Source of the DNA: Candidatus Woesearchaeota archaeon
Lineage (GTDB): Archaea > Nanobdellota > Nanobdellia > Woesearchaeales > UBA583
Assembly: GCA_965205335.1 (NCBI GenBank)
Contig: OZ242164.1
Span: forward strand, 288,001 to 352,000
Reading direction: 5' to 3'
DNA: 64,000 bases
The position numbers and the translations under genes are program-made. The first letter of the stretch is position 1, and the number at the start of each line of letters is the position of its first letter. Shown here piece after piece: positions 49,981-60,788 of this stretch. Below the pieces are notes generated by a model that did not search any database, was not told the origin of the DNA, and was given only the letters and a program-made list of their open reading frames with translations.

Positions 49981-50247
49981 ATGAGAAATGAGATTGCTAT
50001 TATATGTGCTTGGATAATAAGTGGTAGTAGAAGATTGAAAATATTCAAAACTTTAGAAACTCCCAAGATTCCTAAGTTTATTCAACAAGAAACAAAACTA
50101 CCTTTTTCTAATGTTAGTGAGGGTTTAACAATATTAAAGAATAAAAAATTGATTGAATGCATTAATCCACAAGACAAAGTAGGAAGAATGTACCAATTAA
50201 CGAATTTAGGAAAAAAAGTAATGGAAGAAATCAAAAAAGTTAGTTAG
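49981..50247 (+). CDS. Winged-HTH transcriptional regulator (archaeal ArsR/MarR-like)
   Basis: SNVS..L..LK.KKLIECINP...GRMYQLT..G; likely start 49981. Confidence 0.75.
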   Translation: MRNEIAIICAWIISGSRRLKIFKTLETPKIPKFIQQETKLPFSNVSEGLTILKNKKLIECINPQDKVGRMYQLTNLGKKVMEEIKKVS

Positions 50248-50345
50248 TTTCAATCTTGAAAGTTTCTTTTATGCTGTTATATAAAATTATCTCTCTTTAA
50301 TCATTTTTTTGTTTCGAGATATTTTCTAATTATCTAATTTAATAC

Positions 50346-50660
50346 CTATTTTTTTATCAACTGAGGCAAACTTCTAAGGCTGTAACCAAAGATTTTTTCC
50401 CAAAAACTATTATTTTCCCTTCTATAATTTGAGAAAGAAATCTCTAATGCAATATTTAACTTACTCTCTAATATTTTCAGTTCAGGACCAAGTTTAAAGA
50501 CTTCATCTGTTATAATTGATGAGAATAATTGCCTTATAAAATCCCTCTTTATTTGAAAAATCTGTCTTCTATCAAATGATTGCTCCTTTATGATTGGTAT
50601 CTGCTCTTTCCAAAAATCATACAATTTCTCAACATCTTTATCATAATCTCTTGTCACCAT
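50346..50660 (-). CDS. Hypothetical protein
   Basis: 104-aa ORF, co-oriented with the upstream small ORF. Confidence 0.45.
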   Translation of the reverse strand: MVTRDYDKDVEKLYDFWKEQIPIIKEQSFDRRQIFQIKRDFIRQLFSSIITDEVFKLGPELKILESKLNIALEISFSNYRRENNSFWEKIFGYSLRSLPQLIKK

Positions 50661-50689
50661 TTTTATTAACTTATTATAATACTGCTTGT

Positions 50690-50884
50690 TTAATTATTGC
50701 TTTCCACATTGTGTATTAATCGCTTTTTAGCTTCCTCCCACGGTATACCTTTAAAATTTTTAGCAGATTTTCTTAGGCAATCCATAAATTCTAGTGTATA
50801 TTCATCTGGATCTACTGGTTTAACTTCTGCATCGCCAATATCTAAGTGCTTGTACTCTTCATACTCTCTTAGTTTTTTAACCAT
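50690..50884 (-). CDS. Small antitoxin-like protein
   Basis: C-terminal GIPWEEAKKRL is typical of addiction-module antitoxins (inference). Confidence 0.4.
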   Translation of the reverse strand: MVKKLREYEEYKHLDIGDAEVKPVDPDEYTLEFMDCLRKSAKNFKGIPWEEAKKRLIHNVESNN

Positions 50885-51075
50885 TTTACTCGTAAGTACT
50901 ATTATACATAAATTTATAGAAATCCATTTACTTATAAAACTTGCTTTACAGAGGCTCTATCCTGAAATTAATTTTTTTAAAATAACAAGAGATAAAAACA
51001 AGGAAAAATTGGTTGAGTTATAAAATGTTCTTAGAAGAAAAGAAAAAATGGCAAGCATAACAAATGAATTGTAAA

Positions 51076-53181
51076 CTAAGTATCTTCATCTAAATACAAT
51101 TCTAAAGAATTCTTTTGAATTTCATATTTTTCAAATAATAAATCTATTACCCTTAGTATATTATAAACTGAAAAATTTCCTTCTACAAAAACGTCTTCAA
51201 CAATTTCTAATCCTCTCCTTAAATCATCTTTACTTTTAGAAAAATATTTTCTATTGCTTCCTTTTATTTCTTGAGTTTCTATTAAACTTACAAATAATGC
51301 TGGAGATTTACCATATAATTCTCTACATATTTCCATTAAAAATTCTATCCAACTATTAACTTTTTTTTCTGATTCTAAGAATTTATAACTACCAATTCTC
51401 TTACCTTTTAATTCAGAATAATCTACTATATCCTCAAAATTAAATATAAAATTCTCCTTTTTATTTGGTTTAAAACTGCTTTCTTGATATTCCCAAATCT
51501 CCAATGCTCTATTTCTTAACTTACTTGCTCTTTTCTCTATGTCTCCTTTACTCCATGAAATTAGGTTTTCATCTTTAAAATAATTATTAAGAGTGTAATT
51601 TGATTTTTCTATAATAAATTCTTTCTTATCTTTAAAGGAATTATTCTTTATCACACTATTATCTCCTTTATCTATTAGTGTTAAATTTCCAAGTGTATTC
51701 AAATATTTCTCATAAATTCTCTCCCAATCTTCTCCCAATTCATTTTTCCAAGAATTTGTCAAAGTTTTAGGCATGATGTGTTCAATTGATGCTTCTTCAA
51801 TATTTATGATATTTCTTTTTTCATAACTCTCTAACTTGCTAAAGAAATAATTTTTGTATTTGCCTTGCATATTATAAATCTCTTTCTGTAATATCTTTTC
51901 TCCAAATTCTTCATCCTTTGGAAGTCTCTGAGATTGTTGTTTGTTATTTAATAAATACTTAAAAACTTCAAAATAATTCTCCTTATATCTCTTATGATTT
52001 TTTATATCTCGTCCAAGAGTCATAAATATTTTATTTAGAGCATTTGTAGGAACTTCACAAATAATCCTCCTTAAAATAAATATTTCTAAATAGTTTAATA
52101 CATTTTCCAAGATATTTTCATCTATAATTTCATTTTCTAAATCATCTAATAATTCCAAAAGAAAAGGGTAAGAGACTGAAATCCCCAAATCATTAATATT
52201 CTTTAATAAGTTTTTTATTCTTACATTTTCTGACTTACAATTTATCAAATTTTCATAATACTCTGAAAATCTTTTCAAATCAATTAATAAATCCTCTATT
52301 TCTTCTTTATATGGATCTCTCTTTAAAACAAACTTCTTGAAATCTTCGTATACGTTTTCTCCTTTTGGAATTAACCTATTCCTTAAAGTCAAATAATCTC
52401 TTACAAACCTACTCACCTGATGGTTTGTATTTTTTTCAATTAAACTCCAATATTTCTCATATAATTCCTCCTGATTCTCTTGTTTCATTAAAATGAAATT
52501 CCTAACTAAATCTGATTGTTCCAAGCCCAGTCCTGTTGAATTTATACTCTCAAATATCAATTGTGGGTCATCTTTTCCTTTTTCTAAGTCTATATCTACT
52601 ACAAATAATTTATTTAATGTTTCATAAAACTCTTTTAATCCATTTTTATCAAAATCTTTTAGTCTATTTTTAATAAATAAGAAGTTTTTAGTTATTTTAG
52701 ATTCTGTATTTAATTCCTCATTATTTAATAATTTTTTAAAAGCACCATAATCTTCCTTTATTGGTTTTAATTTTATTCTTTCATTATCATTTTTAGCCCA
52801 TTTATTTATCAAGTAAGTTTCTTTTATCTTTTCTTTTAGTTCTTCATCTTCAATTAAATCTATAATTGCTAATAAAATAAGTGAAATTGTCGTAAGTCTT
52901 TGTTGCCCATCTATTACTAAATATTCATCGCTACCTTCTTTTTTTCCATTATTTATATATACAATAGAACCAATAAAATAATATTCGACATTACTACTGC
53001 GAGAAAAAATTATATCTTCTATTAATTTTCCACATTGTTTTTCTGTCCATTCATAATTTCTTTGATAAATTGGTATTTTGAATATTTTATCTGAACCCTC
53101 AAAAAATCTTAATATTGGCTTCTCAGATGCTTTCATAACATAAAAATTTCTCTTCTTTGCCTTAAAAAAGTTTTGGTGCAA
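51076..53181 (-). CDS. GmrSD-family (DUF262+DUF1524) modification-dependent restriction endonuclease
   Basis: IPIYQRNYEW, VIDGQQRLTT, IFESINSTG, SIEHIMP..LGNLTL; start more likely MKASEK. Confidence 0.9.
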   Translation of the reverse strand: MHQNFFKAKKRNFYVMKASEKPILRFFEGSDKIFKIPIYQRNYEWTEKQCGKLIEDIIFSRSSNVEYYFIGSIVYINNGKKEGSDEYLVIDGQQRLTTISLILLAIIDLIEDEELKEKIKETYLINKWAKNDNERIKLKPIKEDYGAFKKLLNNEELNTESKITKNFLFIKNRLKDFDKNGLKEFYETLNKLFVVDIDLEKGKDDPQLIFESINSTGLGLEQSDLVRNFILMKQENQEELYEKYWSLIEKNTNHQVSRFVRDYLTLRNRLIPKGENVYEDFKKFVLKRDPYKEEIEDLLIDLKRFSEYYENLINCKSENVRIKNLLKNINDLGISVSYPFLLELLDDLENEIIDENILENVLNYLEIFILRRIICEVPTNALNKIFMTLGRDIKNHKRYKENYFEVFKYLLNNKQQSQRLPKDEEFGEKILQKEIYNMQGKYKNYFFSKLESYEKRNIINIEEASIEHIMPKTLTNSWKNELGEDWERIYEKYLNTLGNLTLIDKGDNSVIKNNSFKDKKEFIIEKSNYTLNNYFKDENLISWSKGDIEKRASKLRNRALEIWEYQESSFKPNKKENFIFNFEDIVDYSELKGKRIGSYKFLESEKKVNSWIEFLMEICRELYGKSPALFVSLIETQEIKGSNRKYFSKSKDDLRRGLEIVEDVFVEGNFSVYNILRVIDLLFEKYEIQKNSLELYLDEDT

Positions 53182-53305
53182 ATTCGGCTATCTTTTCTAC
53201 CTTGTAACATACTATTTATACTAAGAATGATGTAAACTAAATCAAAGAATTTGAGCAAAAATTTAAAGAAGTTTTATTATCAAATTAATTTAGCAATGAT
53301 TGTGT

Positions 53306-53725
53306 TTAAGAATATCCTGCTTTTTTTAGTTCTTTGACAATAATTTTAAAAGTTTTATCTAAATATTCTCTTTTCACTTCATGCTCAAAGAATCTCAGCA
53401 CTTTCCATCCTTCATTTTCAAGTTCACGAGTTACAACTTTATCTCTTATAGTATTTTTTAGAATTTTCTCATTCCAGAATTTCTTGTTGGTTTTAGGTGC
53501 TTTATAATGTTCAGGACATTTATGCCAGAAACATCCGTCAATAAATATTACTATTTTATATTTAGTAAAAGCAATATCCGGTTTCCCAATTAAATTATAA
53601 TTTACCCTATATCCTACAATTTTTTCTTTATATAATTTTTTTCTTAATAATAATTCAGGTTTAGTATCTCTACCTCTTATCTGAGACATATTATAACTTC
53701 TTTGTTCCTTAGTTAAAACATCCAT
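53306..53725 (-). CDS. vsr: Very short patch repair endonuclease
   Basis: MDVLTKEQRSYNMSQI..DTKPE, GKPDI, FIDGCFWH, FW..KI..N..RD. Confidence 0.95.
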   Translation of the reverse strand: MDVLTKEQRSYNMSQIRGRDTKPELLLRKKLYKEKIVGYRVNYNLIGKPDIAFTKYKIVIFIDGCFWHKCPEHYKAPKTNKKFWNEKILKNTIRDKVVTRELENEGWKVLRFFEHEVKREYLDKTFKIIVKELKKAGYS

Positions 53726-53931
53726 TGTATTGATAAATTTGAAGAGTCGTTATATTTTTCTTCATATTTATTCATTGATAAGGTTATTTATATATATTTC
53801 CAGCAAAATACCCTGAGTGGAATTGAGTTTTTCTTTACACTTTATTAAGTGAAGGGAATTTTTTGAAGATTATGATGATTTAATTAATAAAATGAGAAGA
53901 AAATGAATAATGTCATGGGGTGTAACTCCTA

Positions 53932-55209
53932 TTGTTAAAAACGAAAATTTTTTATATGATTGAATATAAATTAAAATTAGATATGAAAGAATTTAATTTT
54001 TTGGAGTTGTTTGCAGGAATAGGCGGATTAAGTGAGGGATTTATTTCGGAAGGTTTTGAGCCTATTACCTTAATTGAGAAAGACAAATATTGCTGTGAAA
54101 CACTAAAAACAAGACATGCTTACCACTATCTTAAAAAAAATAAGCAAAGAAGAATATATGATAAATACTTAAAAGGAGAATTAAGCAAAGAAGGCTTCTA
54201 CTCAAAAATTCCCGAAGATATATTAAATAGTGTTATCTGTGAAGAAATAAATAGTGAAAACCTTAAAGATATTATTAAGAAAATAAAGCAGAAATTGAAA
54301 AAAAGGAATTTAGATATTATTTTAGGAGGTCCTCCTTGTCAAGCATATTCAACCAGCGGAAGATTTTATATTAAGAGAAATAGAAATGATGAAAGATTGA
54401 GTTTATATAAATATTATGTGAGCATATTGAAAGAATTTAAACCGAAATTGTTCTTATTTGAAAACGTTATGGGACTTCTTTCTTTAGATAAAGGAAAACA
54501 ATTTAAAAAAGTTAAAAATGCATTTCAAGAAGCAAATTATAATATCTCATACGAAATATTAGATGCAAATGACTATGGAATATTACAGAGAAGAAGAAGA
54601 ATTATATTGATTGGAATAAGAAAAGATTTAAACACAAAGTTCAATTTTGAAAGTTTAACTAAAATAGAAAATAAATGGAAAGTAGCAGATGCATTGGATG
54701 ATTTAGGAAAATTAAAACAAAGTGAGGAAAAAAAAGAATATGAGAAAATCCCAAATAAATACTTAAAAAAATTTAGAATCAGAGGACAAAGAGACATTCT
54801 AACATGTCATAAGGCGAGATTTACAAATAAGAGAGATTTAGAGATATATAGAGAAGTTATTAAAACATGGAATAAAACTAAAAAGAGATTTAAATACAAC
54901 ACATTAAAGAAAGAATTAATAACTCATAAAAACAATAACACATTTTTAGACAGATTTAAGGTTGTTGCATCTGATTTGCCTCATTGTCATACAATGGTGG
55001 CTCATATATCTCAAGATGGACATTATTACATACACCCCGATATAAAACAAAATAGAAGTATAACTCCAAGAGAAGCAGCGAGAATACAATCGTTTCCCGA
55101 CAATTACTTTTTTGAAGGTCCAAGAACATCACAATTTAAACAGATAGGAAATGCTGTTCCTCCTATCTTATCAAATGTATTAGCAAAAGAGGTGAAAGAG
55201 ATATTATGA
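53932..55209 (+). CDS. dcm: C5 DNA cytosine methyltransferase
   Basis: LFAGIGG, GGPPCQ, FENV, Q.R.R, REAARIQSFPD, QIGNAVPP; start likely 53983. Confidence 0.95.
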   Translation: MLKTKIFYMIEYKLKLDMKEFNFLELFAGIGGLSEGFISEGFEPITLIEKDKYCCETLKTRHAYHYLKKNKQRRIYDKYLKGELSKEGFYSKIPEDILNSVICEEINSENLKDIIKKIKQKLKKRNLDIILGGPPCQAYSTSGRFYIKRNRNDERLSLYKYYVSILKEFKPKLFLFENVMGLLSLDKGKQFKKVKNAFQEANYNISYEILDANDYGILQRRRRIILIGIRKDLNTKFNFESLTKIENKWKVADALDDLGKLKQSEEKKEYEKIPNKYLKKFRIRGQRDILTCHKARFTNKRDLEIYREVIKTWNKTKKRFKYNTLKKELITHKNNNTFLDRFKVVASDLPHCHTMVAHISQDGHYYIHPDIKQNRSITPREAARIQSFPDNYFFEGPRTSQFKQIGNAVPPILSNVLAKEVKEIL

Positions 55210-55266
55210 TACACCAATTAAATCATAACAAAAAGATGACATTAATATTTTATGAGGTATTAGAGA

Positions 55267-57396
55267 ATGACAGATGATAAAAAACTATTTTTTAGACCTA
55301 AAGCAAGGATAATTAATACATTAGGTAGAGATCTGATAAGCAATGATCGTACTGCACTTTCTGAATTAGTGAAAAATAGTTATGATGCACATTCTCCTGA
55401 AGTAGAAATTATTTTTGATGGTAACGTTAAATTAAGAAAAGATTGTACCGAGAAAGGTAAAGATCCCTATTATATAAGAGGTAAAGGAAGTAGAATTTTG
55501 ATAATTGATGAAGGTGTAGGTATGAATATGGATATTATAAAAAATGCTTGGATGGAGCCAGCAACGGATTACAAAATATTGGAAAGAAAAAATTCTGAAA
55601 AGGGAAGAAAATTATTAGGTGAGAAAGGGGTGGGAAGATTTGCAGCCTCTAAAATTGCTAAGAAACTTTTAATGTATACTAAGACAGAAAAGACAAATGA
55701 AATAGAAATTGAGTTTGATTGGTCTTTATTTGAGAAAGGAGATTACCTTGACAGAATGAAGTTTGATTATGAGGAAAACCAAAAGAGTAAAATAATAAAT
55801 TCAAATTCAGGAACAACATTAATATTAGAAGACTTAAACACTGATTGGACACAAAAGGATTTAGAAGAGTTAAAAGGTTCTCTCTCACGACTCATTAATC
55901 CATTTGAACCTTTATCTGACTTCAGTATTAATTTAACACTTCCAGAACAATTTAGTAAACTCTCAGGTATAATTAAACCACCACCTGCTTTTGAAAAACC
56001 TCACTATATAATAAAAGGGAATGTTGACAATGAGGGAAATGCGTATCTTGAGTATTTTACTAGAAAGAAAAATAATAGGGAGACTTTTGATGTTAGTCTA
56101 GTTCTAAAACCAAGTAGAGAGCCAAGATGTGGTGTATTTGAGTTTGAGTTCAGAGTTTGGGATTTGGATTCTTGGGTCCTAAAAGAAACAATAAGTGAAC
56201 TTAAACTGGATGGAGATGTTACAGTTTCAGATATAAAAAATGATTTAAAAGTAGCAGGAGGAATAAGCATATTTAGAGATAATTTTAGAGTATTGCCTTA
56301 TGGTGAACCGGGAGTTGATTGGTTAAGGTTAGATGCGATGAGAATAAATAATCCTACAATGAAACTTAGTAACAATCAGATTGTAGGTTATGTCTCAATT
56401 AGTTTACAAGATAATCCGAAGTTAAAAGATCAGACAAACCGAGAAGGAATAGTAGATAGTCAATCTTTTACAGATTTAAAGGATTTAGTAAAAGCATTAT
56501 TAAATCAACTTGAAATTAGAAGATATGAAGAAAGACCAAGAAAAGCAGAACCTGCTGTTGAAACAAGAGCACTTTTTGATATTGATATTAAGGACTTGGA
56601 AAGCATAGTTGTAAAGAAATTACCACAAGATAAGGAAGTAAAAGCTGTATTAGATTATACAAAAAGGGATATTAATAAAAGAGTTGAAAAATTTAAAGAG
56701 ATAGTCTCAAGATATAAAAGATTGTCGACTCTTGGTCAATTAGTGGATATAGTTTTACATGATGCAAATGAGATGTTATATGGTATTGAATTACACTTAG
56801 ATATTATAAAAAAAGAATTAAAAAAAGATATTGATAATTATAACAAAATTGTTGATAGGTTAAATCAGATAGATAAAACTAGAAAAATTTCATCAGATTT
56901 ATTTATGAAATTAGAACCATTTAGTGGAAGAAAAAGAGACAAGCCAAAGAATATACTTATAGAGAAGGTAATTAGCAATGTACTTACTTTATATAAATCT
57001 GAAATAGAAAGATTAAAGATTAATATAATTGTACCAAAAGGAGAACATGTTATAAAAATAATAGAATCTGATCTGCATTTGATTATAATCAACTTGCTTA
57101 CTAACTCATTATATTGGCTGGAAACTATTAAGTATGAAAGAAAACTTTCAATTGAAATATTTCAGGAAAATGAAGAATTATGCATTGTCTTTAGTGACAA
57201 TGGATCTGGAATAAAAGATGAACATAAAGATTTAATTTTTGAACCCTATTTCTCAACCAAACCAGAAGGAACTGGTTTAGGTTTAACAATAGTAGGCGAA
57301 ATAGTTTCAGAGAATAATGGTTCATTAGAATTAATATCGGATGGTACATATAAAGGGGCCTCATTTAAAATAACTTTTAAAAATGAAAAAAATTAA
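55267..57396 (+). CDS. MORC/MutL-type GHKL ATPase fused to a histidine kinase
   Basis: N-terminal ELVKNSYDA, DEGVGM, GEKGVGR, GT; C-terminal H-box IVLHD, NLLTNS, DNGSGI, FEPYFSTK, GTGLGL. Confidence 0.9.
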   Translation: MTDDKKLFFRPKARIINTLGRDLISNDRTALSELVKNSYDAHSPEVEIIFDGNVKLRKDCTEKGKDPYYIRGKGSRILIIDEGVGMNMDIIKNAWMEPATDYKILERKNSEKGRKLLGEKGVGRFAASKIAKKLLMYTKTEKTNEIEIEFDWSLFEKGDYLDRMKFDYEENQKSKIINSNSGTTLILEDLNTDWTQKDLEELKGSLSRLINPFEPLSDFSINLTLPEQFSKLSGIIKPPPAFEKPHYIIKGNVDNEGNAYLEYFTRKKNNRETFDVSLVLKPSREPRCGVFEFEFRVWDLDSWVLKETISELKLDGDVTVSDIKNDLKVAGGISIFRDNFRVLPYGEPGVDWLRLDAMRINNPTMKLSNNQIVGYVSISLQDNPKLKDQTNREGIVDSQSFTDLKDLVKALLNQLEIRRYEERPRKAEPAVETRALFDIDIKDLESIVVKKLPQDKEVKAVLDYTKRDINKRVEKFKEIVSRYKRLSTLGQLVDIVLHDANEMLYGIELHLDIIKKELKKDIDNYNKIVDRLNQIDKTRKISSDLFMKLEPFSGRKRDKPKNILIEKVISNVLTLYKSEIERLKINIIVPKGEHVIKIIESDLHLIIINLLTNSLYWLETIKYERKLSIEIFQENEELCIVFSDNGSGIKDEHKDLIFEPYFSTKPEGTGLGLTIVGEIVSENNGSLELISDGTYKGASFKITFKNEKN

Positions 57397-58483
57397 AATT
57401 CTAATTGTTGATGATAACAAAGAATTTGCAGAAGATACATCTGAAGTACTTAATGAGAGTATTTTGAAAGATAATTATGAGTTGGAGTGTTATTGTGAAA
57501 CTGATTTTGATAATGCAATAGAAAAAATAACTGAATTAGAAATTGATGTGATAGTATTGGATGTCTTTAAAGGAGATGTTTCTGAGAGCAACCCACAGAA
57601 GTGTGGAGATTCTGTTTTTAATAAACTTCGTGAAAATATTTTTGTACCGGTGATATTTAATACTGGCTTAATCAATCACGTAAAGCCTTATGAATCAAAT
57701 GTAGTTAGAATTGTAAGAAAAGGAGATAATAGCATTGAAAATATAAAAAATGAGATAGAAAATTTAATCGATAAGAAGATCTTAGATATAAGAAAAAGAC
57801 TTCTGAGTTATGTTGAGAGTTCTCTAAAAGATTACTTTTGGGATTTTGTTTATACTGAGAGAGATAAACTTAAGGATTTAGATTCAAAAGATATCACATT
57901 TAATTATTTATTTGCCAGAAGATTTAACTCACTAATGGGAAAAAATCTACTAAAGGTGCTCGGTTGTGGTGATGAACTTGGAAAATATGTTCACCCTTTA
58001 GTTTGTTATATTTACCCTCAGATAGAAGAAGAAAATTATGTTGCAGGTGAGATTATCAAGAAGGATAATAGTTATTATGTTTTGTTAACTCCCAATTGTG
58101 ATCTGGTTAGGGGTGGAAGAAGAAATGCAACTAATAGTGTTTTAATTGCCAAATGTATAAAACTTATAGATACAGATAAATATAAAGATTACATACAAGA
58201 TAATTCAGATAAAAATAAAGATAAATTAAAAAAATTTTTGACAGCAAATAATAATACAAGATATTTCTATATGCCTAAAACTATATTTATTGATGATTTA
58301 ATCATTGATCTAACTTTAATTGAGAATATTGAATATGATTCATTAACAAATGACTTTGAAAGAGTTGCAAGACTGGCAGATCCATATAGTCAGGCGGTTT
58401 CAACGCAATTTGCAAGACATTATAACAGAGTTGGAACAGATGACTTAGACATAGATAAGATTATAGAAAATTATTCCTCTTAA
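57383..58483 (+). CDS. Receiver-domain protein with uncharacterised C-terminal effector
   Basis: ILIVDD, VIVLD, FNTG, VRK in the N-terminus; YYVLLTPNCDL and RVG in the C-terminus; overlaps the kinase stop. Confidence 0.8.
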   Translation: MKKIKILIVDDNKEFAEDTSEVLNESILKDNYELECYCETDFDNAIEKITELEIDVIVLDVFKGDVSESNPQKCGDSVFNKLRENIFVPVIFNTGLINHVKPYESNVVRIVRKGDNSIENIKNEIENLIDKKILDIRKRLLSYVESSLKDYFWDFVYTERDKLKDLDSKDITFNYLFARRFNSLMGKNLLKVLGCGDELGKYVHPLVCYIYPQIEEENYVAGEIIKKDNSYYVLLTPNCDLVRGGRRNATNSVLIAKCIKLIDTDKYKDYIQDNSDKNKDKLKKFLTANNNTRYFYMPKTIFIDDLIIDLTLIENIEYDSLTNDFERVARLADPYSQAVSTQFARHYNRVGTDDLDIDKIIENYSS

Positions 58484-58650
58484 ATTATTAAATTCTGATT
58501 CTATTTATTTATTTTTCTATTTTTTATTATAATTTTAATATATACTTCTAGTTGTTTTAGATATTCCGAGGTAATTTTTAATGTCCAAGATATAATTTTT
58601 TTAGGAGATTTTTTCTGATTTCCAATACTTTTAAAGGTGTGGATTTATGT

Positions 58651-59051
58651 TGTCTTTGGTTTTTATCTAAGAATAAAAAGAGAAAAGAAGAGATTCTATT
58701 TATTGATGCTCGTAATATGGGAGAGATGGTCACAAGAAGACATAGAGAATTATCAAATGAGGATATACAAAAGATTTCTAAAACATATCATATATGGAAA
58801 GGAACTGAGAAAGGGGAATATGAAAATGTTAAGGGTTTTTGCAAAAGTGCCTCACTTGATGAGGTTGAGAAACATGATTTCATTTTAACACCCGGAAGAT
58901 ATGTTGGAATTGCAGAGGTTGAGGAGGACAGTGAACCTTTGATAAGAAGATGAACAGATTGGTTAAAGAATTGGATGAGGAGTTTAAGAAGAGTGATGAA
59001 TTGGAGAAAGAAATTAAAAAGAATTTAAAGGGCATTGGATTTGAGGTGAAA
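58651..59051 (+). pseudogene. hsdM: Inverted near-identical copy of the 3' end of the hsdM at 62888; 1-nt frameshift near 58940
   Basis: Matches the reverse complement of 62891-63292; followed by HsdS-like start MRKFKESEIGR at 59054. Confidence 0.9.
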
Positions 59052-59246
59052 CAATGAGAAAATTCAAAGAAAGTGAAATTGGAAGGGTGACAAGAGGTTT
59101 AAATGGGAATAAATAAAAAAGAAATTGATGATTTGAAGAAATCCTATGAATTAAAAGTTGAAAAAAATGATAATAGTATTGAGTTTATAACCTATCTAAT
59201 GGACTTAATAAAACAAAGTTATGAAAGTAATAAATGAATAAGACAG

Positions 59247-59302
59247 AATTATTCATCGAAAATTGCTCTATTTCTTGAATTTCTGGACAAAGTCCGGAAT
59301 TC
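59247..59302. repeat. Partial copy of the MITE-like element
   Basis: AATTATTCATC.AAAATTGCTCTATTTCTTGAATTTCTGGACAAAG.CCGGAATTC matches 36161-36216. Confidence 0.85.
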
Positions 59303-59338
59303 CTTAAACTTATAAATAAATATTTATGTATTTATGTT

Positions 59339-59497
59339 ATGATAAAAAAATCAAATGAGAAATCAAAAGAAAATATTATATTAGAAACTGATAAAAACAT
59401 AATAGTAACTAATAAAGAAGTTTTGGAAACTTTGAAGGGAATTAAGAGAGGATTAGACGATTTTGCTGCAGGTAGATATACAATTAAAAATCAGTAA
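59339..59497 (+). CDS. 52-aa antitoxin-like peptide
   Basis: Ends LKGIKRGLDDFAAGRY; preceded by TATA-like TTATAAATA. Confidence 0.4.
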   Translation: MIKKSNEKSKENIILETDKNIIVTNKEVLETLKGIKRGLDDFAAGRYTIKNQ

Positions 59498-59499
59498 TT

Positions 59500-59700
59500 T
59501 CATCTAATATTTTTGGCAACAACAATTTAATTATTTGATTAATAACTTCTTGTTGTTTTTTATCACCACTTTTTTTTCTAATCAAAATCAAAACCAATAT
59601 TATTTTATTATTATTATCCTTTTTTAAATAATAGATTCTATAAGAACCAACTTTTCTTTCAAATAATATATTTTTTCAATAGGTTTCATATGTTTGTTAG
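59500..59700 (-). pseudogene. Frameshifted RelE/HigB-like remnant
   Basis: Fragments KVGSYRIY and IILVLILIRKKSGDKKQQ lie in different frames. Confidence 0.35.
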
Positions 59701-59720
59701 GATTTGATTATTTTATAAAT

Positions 59721-59806
59721 TTACTTCTTTTTTAGAAGTAGTTGTTATAAGAACAGTATTAGATTATTTTAATCTTTCCTGTTACAGCATCATTCACAAT
59801 TGTTTT
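59721..59806 (-). repeat. Inverted copy of hsdS 3' end and downstream DNA (about 44845-44930)
   Basis: Minus strand ATGCTGTAACAGGAAAGATTAAAATAATCT...TTATAACAAC.ACTTCTAAAAAAGAAGTAA. Confidence 0.85.
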
Positions 59807-59931
59807 CCCAAGCTATTTTTGCTATTTTCTTTGTTTTTAGATTTATATAATTTTTGGTAATTAGGCTCTGTGCGGAGATTCAAATCAAGGAATTAATAGA
59901 TAGTAAAGTTGGTAAATTTTTAGGAAAAAGA

Positions 59932-60777
59932 TTAATTGTCAATGTAAATACAGGTTGTTTCCGCCTGTTTCATTACTAATATTAAGGCATCTTGTTGTTG
60001 TTCTGGAGGGTATTTATACTTTCTTAGTAATTTTTTGATTGTTAGTCTCATTGTGGCTCTTGCACTTTCTCTGATGTTCCAATCAACTGATTTGTTTTCT
60101 CTGATTGTAGTCACTAATTCTTTTGCAATATCTTTTAACACTTTTTCACTCATTACATCTCTGACTTCTTTTTTATTGCTTAATGCATCATAAAACGCAA
60201 TTTCATCTTCGTTCAGGTTTAGTCCTTCACCTCTTTTGTGCTCATCTCTGAGTTTTTTTCCAAGTTCAATTAGTTCTTCTATTATTTTTGCAGTTTCAAT
60301 GGTTCTGTTTTGGTATTTTAGGATGGAGGCTTTTAACATCTCAATAAATTTCATTTCCTGAACTTTGTTTTTTTTAAGTTTTACTTTAATTTCGTCATTT
60401 AATAATTTTTGAAGTAGTTCTAATGCCAAGTTCTTTTGTCGCATATGTCTTACTTCTTCTAAAAATTCGTCAGATAGAATTGAGAGGTTTGGTTTGTCAA
60501 TTCCTGCAACTTTGAAAATATCAACAACCTCATCTGATTTGATTGCTTTGGATACAATCTGAGATAACTTTAATTCTAGGTTTTGTTGAGTGGTTGCTTC
60601 GCTTTGAGTTTTATCAAGTTTGATTAATGAAGCTCTAATTGCTTTAAAGTATTCAATTTCGTTTGCAATTTTTAGTGCTTCATCACTTGATGCACAAAGA
60701 GAATGCGCTTTGAGTAATTCTGTGGTATGTTGGATGAATCTTTTTTTGCCATCTTTTTGGCTTAGGACGTGTTCCAT
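59932..60777 (-). pseudogene. hsdR: C-terminal (DUF3387-like) fragment of a second HsdR
   Basis: LSILSDEFL, KNLALELL.KLL.DEI, E.AFYDAL, VDW..RES.RA, LLRKYKYPP; no nuclease or motor domains. Confidence 0.85.
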
Positions 60778-60788
60778 TCCATTTGCAA

